Assembly: GCA_041299705.1 (NCBI GenBank)
Contig: JBGLNM010000001.1
Coordinates: 722,714-786,713 of the forward strand
Reading direction: 5' to 3'
Length of the DNA stretch: 64,000 bases
DNA from: Desulfobacterales bacterium
GTDB lineage: Bacteria; Desulfobacterota; Desulfobacteria; Desulfobacterales; JBGLNM01
Part shown: positions 57,085-64,000 of the stretch, piece after piece
Layout: each line of letters starts with the position of its first letter
Position numbering within the stretch: position 1 is the first letter of the stretch
The notes under the pieces: model-generated
Told to the model about the DNA's origin: nothing
The model's input: only the letters and a program-made list of their open reading frames with translations
The model's database searches: none
Position numbers and translations under genes: made by a program

Positions 57085-57285
57085 ATGCCCCGCTGCGCCG
57101 CCCATCCCCTCCACCGCTTCGAACCGTGGCAGGTCTGGCCGGGTTCCTTCGACAACCCGCCGGTCGACGGCATCTACCCCCTGCCGCCGAACCCGGACTG
57201 GCGCCTCACGCCCGAAACCCCCATCGCCTCCATGGGGTCCTGCTTCGCGCGCGAGATCCGGCGGCGGCTGATCGAGGCCGGCTAT
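57085..57285 (+). pseudogene. GSCFA-family protein, first ~67 codons only
   Basis: PIASMGSCFAREIRRRLIEAGY contains the GSCFA signature. Similarity ends at 57285. Confidence 0.6.
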
Positions 57286-57286
57286 T

Positions 57287-60200
57287 GTCTACGGTTACGA
57301 TGCCAAGGGCAACCTCAAAAGCGTCACCTACGCGGACGGAAGCAGGGAGACCTGGGCCTACGACGGGGTCGGAAATCCCACGGCCTGGACCAACCGGCGC
57401 GGCGAGACCGTCGCCTACACCTACGACGGGGCCGGGCGCGTCACCCGCAAGAGCCCTCCCGGGGTCGGCACGGTGGACTACACCTACGACAGCCGGGGCA
57501 ACCTGACCCAGACCCTGGAGGCCGGCGGCACCACCGCCTTCACCTACGACACCAAGGACCGCCTGACGCGCATCGACTATCCCGGCTTCCGCTGGCTGGC
57601 CTTCACCTACGACGCCCTCGGCCGGCGCAGCTCGAGCCTCGACCACCTCGGCCACCAGGTCACCTATCACTACGACGCCCTCGGCAGGCTCGAGGCCCTC
57701 ACCGACGCCTCGGCGGCCGACATCGTGCGCTACGCCTACGACGCGGCCGGCCGCCTGTCCGCCAGGACCCTGGGCAACGGGGTCTACACCACCTGCGAGT
57801 ACGACGCCGCCGGCCAGCTGGCGCGCCTGGTGAACAGCAAGGGGGACGACAGCGTGCTGTCGAGCTTCCAGTACGCCTACGACAGCCGCGGCCGGCGCAC
57901 GTCGATGGAAACCCGCTACGGCACCTGGTCCTATGAATACGACGACCTGGGTCAGCTGACCTCGGCGGCTTTGGACTCGCAGGACGCCCGCATCCCCGAC
58001 CAGGACATCCGCTACGCATACGACGCCCTGGGAAACCGCACCCGGGCGGTGGTCAACGGAAGCGAGGAACTCTACACCACCAACGCCCTCAACCAGTATG
58101 TCACCGCCGGCGGCCGCACCCTGACCTACGACGCGGACGGCAACCTGCTCCAGGAAAGCGGGCCGGCCGGGGTGACCGCCTACGTCTACGACGCCGAAAA
58201 CCGGCTGGCGAGCGTCACCCGGGGAGGCAAGATGTGGACCCAGAAATACGACGGCCTGGGAAACAGGAGCGCGACGGCCGAAAACGGCGTCTGGACCCAT
58301 TACATGATCGATCCCGAGGGCCTGGGGACCGTGGTGGGCGAGTACGACGGCGCCGGGACCCTCATCGCGCGCTACGTTTACGGCCTGGGGCTCGTGAGGC
58401 GGGCCCCCCAGGGGAGCGGCCCCGACCATTACACCTTCGACCCCATGGGAAACACCAGCGAGCTGACCGGGGCCGGCGGCGCCCTGAAAAACAGTTACGC
58501 CTATTCGCCTTTCGGTGCCGGACTGCTGGCGGTCGAAGCCGCGGCCAACGAGTTCGAGTTCATGGGGGCGCTGGGGGTGGGCGGCCATGCCGGGCCGCTG
58601 AGGCACGCGCGGGCGAGGCATTATCACCCGGACCTGGGAAGGTTCGTTCAGGCCGACCCTATCGGGCTGGCAGGCGGAATCAATTCCTATGCCTATGCAA
58701 CCAACAACCCGGTCAGCCTCATGGACGCAACGGGCACCGCGCCGCATATCCTTTTGGAAATGGGGATAGAAGCGGTCATCAACACCATCATGCAAAGCGG
58801 CAAGGCAGTGGCCTTCCTGCAGGAAGGGCTGCCTTTTATAAGCGGTCTTGTCGCGGACAAGGCCGCGAGATTGGCCCTGGCCTTCCGGGACAGGGAGGCT
58901 GTCGAAATGCTGATACGGCACACCTGGATGAGCCATAGCAAGATAATGCACATATTGAAGCAGGCAGGAATAGAACTCGGCAGCGCCCAGGCGGCTGCAG
59001 GCACCGGAACCGGCACCGCGGTCGCGGGCGGGGCAGTGTCGACTTCAAGCATATTCTTCACGCCGGTTTCCCAAGTGGGAGCCGTCCCTCTCGTGGCGGC
59101 CGGCGCCGTGTCGTTCGGGCTGGGATACGGAGTGGGCTATGTGGCCGATACCTATTTCCCCAGAAACCCCCTGAGCAGGCTCGCTTTCTGGATGGGCACG
59201 AAGTTCTTCAACCGGTACTACGGCGTGTCCGAGACCGTCACCAGCGGCACGGCGGGCTCCTCCGACCCGAACCAGAAGCTGGGCCCGGGCGGGGCGGGGG
59301 CGGCCCATTACGTTGCCGGGGGGTCGCTTCTGCCCTACCGGATCGATTTCGAAAACGACCCCGCGGCCACGGCCCCGGCCCAGGCGGTGCTGGTCAGGGA
59401 CACGCTCTCCCCGCACCTGGACCGGGCAAGCTTCGAGCTGACCGAGGCGGGTTTCGGAAGCGAACTTGTCGCCATCCCCAAGGGTCTCACCTACTTCCAG
59501 AAGGTGGTGCCCTACCGTTACAGCGACGAGGACTACGACCTGGACATCGAGGTGCACATCGAGGCCGGGCTGCGGGCCGACACGGGGGAGGTCTACGCGA
59601 GCTTTATCTCCATCGACCCCGCCACCGGGCTTCCGCCGCCGGTGGACACGGGCTTCCTGCCGCCGGAAAACGAGACCGGCCGGGGCCTGGGACACATCTC
59701 CTTCGTCATCCGGCCCAAGGCCGGCCTGGCCACCGGGACGGCGATCCGCAACGTGGCGGTCATCCAGTTCGATTTCGGCGAAACCATCGCCACCAACCAG
59801 GTCGACCCCCACGACCCCTCCCAGGGCACCGACCCCAAGAGGGAGGCCCTGGTCACCATCGACGCGAGCCCGCCGGTCAGCGCCATCGACCCCCTGCCGG
59901 CCGACCGGCCCCTGGCCTTCAACCTGACCTGGCACGGCAGCGACGCGGGCGCAGGCGTGGAGAGCTACGCGATCCACGCCAGCGACAACGGCGGGCCCTT
60001 CGCCCTCTGGCTGACCACGGCCAAGACCTCGGCCCTTTTCCACGGCCAGGAGGGGCACACCTACGGCTTCTACGCCATCGCCACGGACCTGGCCGGCAAC
60101 ACCGAGGCGCCCAAGGGCGGCGCCGAGGCCTCCACCACCACCATCGTCTACCCCGACGCCGACGGGGACGGCCTGCCCGACGTGCTGGAAAACGCCGTTG

Positions 60201-60820
60201 CCTGCCTGGACCCCCAGGACGCGGACACGGACGACGACGGGCTGCTGGACGGCGAGGAAGACGGCAACTACAACGGCGTGGTCGACCCGGGCGAAACTGA
60301 CCCCTGCCGCGGGGACACGGACCGCGACGGCATCCAGGACGGCACCGAGGCCGGCATCACGACCGGCCACCCCACCGACACCGACCCAACCGTTTTCCAG
60401 CCGGACCTGGACCCGGCCTCCACCACCGACCCGCTCGATGCGGACAGCGACGGGGACGGGTTCCGCGACGGAAACGAGGACAGCGACGCCAACGGCCGGG
60501 TGGACCCGGGCGAGGACGACCCCGGGGCGGAGTGCGCGAGCGACCCGGTGCGGATCGCGGGCGCGGCCCCGCTTTACTTCGACTGCCTGCAGGAGGGCTG
60601 CGCCGCCGCCGGCGACGGCGACACGCTGGAGCTGCTGGGCCGGATGTTCTACGAGGACCTGGTGCTGGACACGGGCAATGTCGTTTTCCTGCGCTCCGGT
60701 TACCGCTGCGACTACTCGCCCGACCCGAAGGGGGTCACCACTGCCCGGGGGCGGGTGACGATCTCCGGGGGGTGCGTGGTCCTGGGAAAGGCCTGCTTCC
60801 AGGTCGGCCCGCCCCGGTAG
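57287..60820 (+). CDS. RHS/YD-repeat protein lacking its N-terminus. Three parts: YD repeats plus RHS core (to ~58735), a Gly-rich hydrophobic C-terminal region (58736-59257), and an adhesin-like region with thrombospondin-type-3 Ca-binding repeats (59258-60820).
   Basis: Many YxYDxxGxL repeats. Core end RHYHPDLGRFVQADPIGLAGGINSYAYATNNPVSLMDATG. Then GAVPLVAAGAVSFGLGYGVGYV. Then SSDPNQKLGP..YRIDFENDPAATAPAQ, an FN3-like segment, and the DADGDGLPD / DTDDDGLLDG / DSDGDGFRDG repeats. Confidence 0.8.
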   Translation, partial: VYGYDAKGNLKSVTYADGSRETWAYDGVGNPTAWTNRRGETVAYTYDGAGRVTRKSPPGVGTVDYTYDSRGNLTQTLEAGGTTAFTYDTKDRLTRIDYPGFRWLAFTYDALGRRSSSLDHLGHQVTYHYDALGRLEALTDASAADIVRYAYDAAGRLSARTLGNGVYTTCEYDAAGQLARLVNSKGDDSVLSSFQYAYDSRGRRTSMETRYGTWSYEYDDLGQLTSAALDSQDARIPDQDIRYAYDALGNRTRAVVNGSEELYTTNALNQYVTAGGRTLTYDADGNLLQESGPAGVTAYVYDAENRLASVTRGGKMWTQKYDGLGNRSATAENGVWTHYMIDPEGLGTVVGEYDGAGTLIARYVYGLGLVRRAPQGSGPDHYTFDPMGNTSELTGAGGALKNSYAYSPFGAGLLAVEAAANEFEFMGALGVGGHAGPLRHARARHYHPDLGRFVQADPIGLAGGINSYAYATNNPVSLMDATGTAPHILLEMGIEAVINTIMQSGKAVAFLQEGLPFISGLVADKAARLALAFRDREAVEMLIRHTWMSHSKIMHILKQAGIELGSAQAAAGTGTGTAVAGGAVSTSSIFFTPVSQVGAVPLVAAGAVSFGLGYGVGYVADTYFPRNPLSRLAFWMGTKFFNRYYGVSETVTSGTAGSSDPNQKLGPGGAGAAHYVAGGSLLPYRIDFENDPAATAPAQAVLVRDTLSPHLDRASFELTEAGFGSELVAIPKGLTYFQKVVPYRYSDEDYDLDIEVHIEAGLRADTGEVYASFISIDPATGLPPPVDTGFLPPENETGRGLGHISFVIRPKAGLATGTAIRNVAVIQFDFGETIATNQVDPHDPSQGTDPKREALVTIDASPPVSAIDPLPADRPLAFNLTWHGSDAGAGVESYAIHASDNGGPFALWLTTAKTSALFHGQEGHTYGFYAIATDLAGNTEAPKGGAEASTTTIVYPDADGDGLPDVLENAVACLDPQDADTDDDGLLDGEEDGNYNGVVDPGETDPCRGDTDRDGIQDGTEAGITTGHPTDTDPTVFQPDLDPASTTDPLDADSDGDGFRDGNEDSDANGRVDPGEDDPGAECASDPVRIAGAAPLYFDCLQEGCAAAGDGDTLELLGRMFYEDLVLDTGNVVFLRSGYRCDYSPDPKGVTTARGRVTISGGCVVLGKACFQVGPPR

Positions 60821-60894
60821 GGGAAAGGCTGTCACGACCGAAAACTTCGAGTGCTGACAGGCAGCATGCTCAAACTGAAAGCAAAGGAGGAACA

Positions 60895-61361
60895 ATGGGA
60901 AACGTGGACTATGCCGAGGCGGCAGCCTGCTTCAGGGAAGACGCGCGTCTGAAAACCCTTCCCCATTGGCCAAGGGGCTGTTCGACCCGGACACGGTTCT
61001 GTTTTACGGCAACCCGGCCCAGATCATGCGCCTGGCCCAGGCAGTCGTCCACGCCCACGGCCGCCGCATCGCCGGCAACTTCGGCGGGAAAGTCGAGTGC
61101 ACCGAGTACCTCATCGCCCCCTTCCGGACCGGCGCGCCGCGAATCGCGATTCCCGGCCTGGGCGACCGCATCTTTTCCATGACCCAGGACGACGAGCTGG
61201 TGCTGAGCATCCCCGGCGGCATGCTCCCGGGTGTTTGCCATTCCCTGAAGGCGGTGGGGAAAAAGATCGGCGCGCGCTACCCCGTCCCGAGCTATCTGAA
61301 TTACCAGCCGGAATTCCCGGGAATATACAAGGAGACGGGCGGCCGGCTGGAGCTGTTCTGA
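60895..61361 (+). pseudogene. DUF169 protein with an internal gap and frameshift: first 23 codons (60895-60963) joined to the C-terminal ~130 codons (60966-61361)
   Basis: Strong RBS AAAGGAGG plus MGNVDYAEAAACFREDARLKTLP. In another frame, AKGLFDPDTVLFYGNPAQIMRLAQA..CTEYLIAP is typical of the second half of DUF169. Confidence 0.6.
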
Positions 61362-61379
61362 TCGGGTTCCCTGATGAGG

Positions 61380-61395
61380 GGTTCCCCGTTCAGGG
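61380..61395. repeat. 16-nt exact inverted copy (GGTTCCCCGTTCAGGG) of 6941-6956, within a TTCAGGG/TTCAAGG-rich stretch
   Basis: Exact reverse-complement match read from the sequence. Confidence 0.85.
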
Positions 61396-61423
61396 TTCAG
61401 GGCTTCAAGGGTTATCCGCTGTT

Positions 61424-61459
61424 ATCGAAATCGAAATCGAAATCGAAATCGGGATCGAA
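61424..61459. repeat. Hexanucleotide microsatellite (ATCGAA)4 ATCGGG ATCGAA
   Basis: Read directly from the sequence. The same TCGAAA unit occurs inverted at 53027-53040. Confidence 0.9.
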
Positions 61460-61639
61460 GAAAAGCTCTGCCAGCGTGGACGCGATCCCGATCCCGGGAA
61501 GCGGCGGGGTTCAGGCCGACGGATGGGTGCGGGGGGAAAACCACGGAGGGCCGACCTCCCCGTGATGGGGAGGCCGCCCTCCGTCCGGCTCACATGTAGG
61601 TGACAAATGCCGGCAGGGGGGAAGAAGCGCGCCGAAGCA

Positions 61640-63349
61640 CTAAGCCTGGGCTGCGGCGGCGTATTTCTCGGTGAAGAGCTTTTCGGACTCGGCCGAGCCG
61701 ATGAGGACCAGCTCGTCCCCGCGTTCCAGGACCAGGGCGGGGTCCGGGTTGACCATCAGGTCCTCGCCGCGTTTCACGGCCACGATGCTGCAGCCGGTGT
61801 TCCTGCGCACCTGGATGTCGCGCAGGGCCCTGTTTTCCAGCCGGGCGCCCAGGCCCAGGCGGAAGACGTTGAGCCCCTCGGAAATCATCAGGACCTGCTG
61901 GGGTTCTATCAGGTTCACGACGGTGTTGGTCACCAGGGAGGTGAAGGACATCACCAGGTTGGCGCCCGCGCGGTGCAGGGTGTTGACATTTCGGTCCAGG
62001 CTGGCGCGGCTGATGATCTGGGCGTCGGGCCTGAGGCGGCGGCAGTAGATGGTGAGGTAGATGTTCAGGTTGTCGTCGTGGGTGGTGATGATGATCGCGG
62101 GGGTCTCGCGGATGCCCGCCTGCTCCAGGACGTCCAGGTCGCTGGCGCTGCCCTGGATGAAATGCGGGTCCGCGGAGGCGATGCCGGCCTTTTTTTCCAC
62201 CACCCGGAAATCGACCCCCCGTGATCTGAGGGTGTCGGCCACGGCTCTTCCGACGCGGCCCCCGCCCAGCACCACCACCGGCCCCTTGTTGGGCGTTTCC
62301 GCGGCCGCCGGAGCGATGGAGCGGTCGAAACGGTCCAGCTGCTCCTCGGTGCCGGCCAGGACCAGCACGGTCGACTCGCCGACCCGCGTGAGGGGGGTCG
62401 GCATCTGGAACCGGCCCTGTTCCCAGAGCCCCACCACGGTCACCCCGGTGACCTCCCGCAGGCGGCTTTCGGCCAGCGTTTTCCCCTGCAGCCAGGTGCG
62501 CATGGCGGGCGCCTCGGCGATGAGCAACTGGTCGAAGCGGCCCACCACGTTGGCTTTCATGCTCACCCCCAGGACCCGGCGGGCCAGGGCCTTGCCCAGC
62601 ATCCGGGTGAACGGGAAGACCCGGGTGCTGCCCGCCAGGCGCAGGATGTCCATGGAGTCGTCCTGGTCCGCGTTGGTGACCGTGGCCACCCGGTCGTTCG
62701 TTTCCCTGATGGTGAAAATGATGTTGGTGGCGGCGATGTCCTCGTTCATGACCACCACCAGCGCGGCCCGGTCGACGCGCAGGCGGCGGTAGGTGTCCGG
62801 GTCGTCCAGTTCGCCCACCACGACCTGGTACCCCAGGTCGTGGAGGTCCAAAGCCTGCTGGAGGTCGGAAACCGCGATGACGTAGGGGATGCCGTACTGG
62901 GCGAGCCTGCCGATGAGGTTGACGGCGACGTCGTCGAACTGGGTGAAGATGACGTGGCCGGTCATGTTTTCCGGCGCCGCGCGGGGGGCCCGGGCCTTGT
63001 TCTGCTCCTCCAGCCAGGGGGCGTAGAAAAACTGGATGAAGGTGAAGGGCAGGATAACCAGGAGGAAGACGATGCCGCTGACGAGCACCACCACCGAGAA
63101 GATCCGGCCGGCGTCGCTGGTGAAGGTGATGTCGCCGAAACCCAGGGTGGACATGGTCGTCAGCGTCCAGTAGAGGCCGGTGACCCAGGAGTATTGGCGG
63201 CCCTCGTAGAGCATCAGCCAGTGGAAGAGCACACTGTAGGCCGCGAAGAAGAAGAGCAGGATCAGGGCGAAGCGGATCAGCAGGCGCGTGTTGCTGCGGC
63301 GCTGCCCGCTTCTCAGCAGCAGGGTGAGCTGCGCGGCCATGGTTTTCAT
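61640..63349 (-). CDS. Potassium channel with two RCK/TrkA-N domains
   Basis: Pore/selectivity filter TTMSTLGFGD. Two Rossmann-like regions (VIFTQFDDVAVNL.. and VVVLGGGRVGRAV..), each followed by an RCK-C segment. Confidence 0.85.
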   Translation of the reverse strand: MKTMAAQLTLLLRSGQRRSNTRLLIRFALILLFFFAAYSVLFHWLMLYEGRQYSWVTGLYWTLTTMSTLGFGDITFTSDAGRIFSVVVLVSGIVFLLVILPFTFIQFFYAPWLEEQNKARAPRAAPENMTGHVIFTQFDDVAVNLIGRLAQYGIPYVIAVSDLQQALDLHDLGYQVVVGELDDPDTYRRLRVDRAALVVVMNEDIAATNIIFTIRETNDRVATVTNADQDDSMDILRLAGSTRVFPFTRMLGKALARRVLGVSMKANVVGRFDQLLIAEAPAMRTWLQGKTLAESRLREVTGVTVVGLWEQGRFQMPTPLTRVGESTVLVLAGTEEQLDRFDRSIAPAAAETPNKGPVVVLGGGRVGRAVADTLRSRGVDFRVVEKKAGIASADPHFIQGSASDLDVLEQAGIRETPAIIITTHDDNLNIYLTIYCRRLRPDAQIISRASLDRNVNTLHRAGANLVMSFTSLVTNTVVNLIEPQQVLMISEGLNVFRLGLGARLENRALRDIQVRRNTGCSIVAVKRGEDLMVNPDPALVLERGDELVLIGSAESEKLFTEKYAAAAQA

Positions 63350-63477
63350 CGCTGCCTCCCGGCGGCTGGCCGGTCATGCCGCCCGGTCCTTTCACCAGCC
63401 CCTGCAAACGCGGGGCCGCGGCCCCCCCTCCGCGGGGGACCCCGGCCCCTGCCGCTCAGGAGAGGGGCATCGACCGC

Positions 63478-63800
63478 CTACAGGGCGCATTCCTTCATCG
63501 TCCGGGAAATCTTCTTGTACACGTCCGAAAACCGCAGCAGCCCGACGATCCCGTCCCCCGATTTCACCAGGAGGGTGTCGTGGCGGTTCATGACGAACAG
63601 GTGGAAGCACTTGGCCAGGGGGTCCTGCGGGGCGACGACCTGGCCCTCCTGGGGCTCCTGGATGAAGTCGCGGATGTGGACGCCGCCCGCCTTGCGGCAC
63701 AGGTCCCGGAACGGGTCCTCCCACAGCTGGTAATCCTTCTGCATGGTTTCCCACATGTAGCCGAGGCCGTAGCGGCCGAGGGCATTTTTGACCTCCACGC
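63478..63800 (-). pseudogene. C-terminal CBS-domain fragment
   Basis: VHIRDFI..VVAPQDPLAKCFHLFVMNRHDTLLVKSGDGIVGLLRFSDV. The upstream part is replaced by an unrelated gene. Confidence 0.5.
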
Positions 63801-64000
63801 GCCGATGACCGGTGGCGCCATGCAATGCTCGATGAGCTCGCGCAGGTCCTCGGCGAAGATGCGCCAGTGCCGGATGCGGCCGGTGTCGGCGTGGACGGAG
63901 TCGCCGTGGCCGCGGATGTCGCTGGCCGTGATGCGCAACGTCTGCCGCAGGCGGGCGAACAGGGGGCCGTAGGCTCCGCTGCAGAACCCGTTGGCGTGGA
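63801..64000 (-). CDS. Alpha/beta-hydrolase N-terminal region (starts beyond the window end; truncated at ~63801)
   Basis: HANGFCSGAYGPLFARL..LRITASDIRGHGDS..WRIFAEDLRELIEHCMAPPVIG. Similarity ends just before the nucleophile elbow. Confidence 0.55.

Noticed and set aside
57206-60895. Long minus-strand ORFs (57206-58951 and 59045-60895) opposite the RHS gene
   Set aside because: They are low-complexity Gly/Val/Ala/Arg-rich antisense frames, whereas the plus strand has canonical YD repeats and the RHS core motif.
61374-61565. 63-aa ORF translating the (ATCGAA)n tract as SKSKSKSK, and a minus-strand FDPDFDFDFDFDNSG reading
   Set aside because: The plus-strand ORF is otherwise low-complexity. 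The minus-strand frame has no start codon after its upstream TGA. Both are most simply by-products of the repeat.
1-64000. rRNA, tRNA, tmRNA, RNase P or other standard RNA genes in the larger intergenic regions (12132-12541, 24786-25084, 30345-30616, 48719-49030, 56809-57084, 61362-61639)
   Set aside because: I found no cloverleaf-like or conserved-core sequences by eye. This is a weak negative and should be confirmed with tRNAscan-SE and Infernal.

Overview
GC-rich bacterial sequence whose gene content looks Desulfobacterota/deltaproteobacterium-like: a TunR-type regulator, aldehyde:ferredoxin oxidoreductase, BamD and an IPTL-CTERM protein. I recognise about 70 genes or gene fragments. Housekeeping genes are rho, rpmE, rpmB, trxA, purN, mutM, cca, bamD, gmd and a Rel fragment. 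Metabolic blocks include a PrpE / MaoC-SDR-SCP2 / HMG-CoA-synthase-like block, a hydroxyproline-type locus (AcnX, proline-racemase family, DapA-like, GntR) and a polyamine-type ABC transporter. There is also a seven-gene minus-strand glycosyltransferase cluster, a lambda-like phage head-module fragment, an RHS/YD-repeat protein and a cysteine-rich IPTL-CTERM protein. No rRNA, tRNA or CRISPR array was recognised by eye. The most unusual property is structural. At about 19 positions, recognisable protein similarity switches abruptly to an unrelated family, or skips part of the same family, often within one open reading frame. The window therefore reads as a mosaic of 0.1-7 kb blocks. I think assembly chimerism, spacer-less contig concatenation or artificial construction is more likely than biology, but I cannot test this here. 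Other notable points are an in-frame TAA at codon 33 of rho, hexamer/heptamer microsatellites and a shared 16-nt intergenic motif, a 26-codon DY/DN-repeat sORF inside the glycosyltransferase operon, and two candidate operator palindromes. I do not see a coherent, convincingly novel multi-gene system. The best leads are the glycosyltransferase cluster with its sORF, the RHS C-terminal region, the IPTL-CTERM protein and the VIT-vWA/HD-hydrolase pair.
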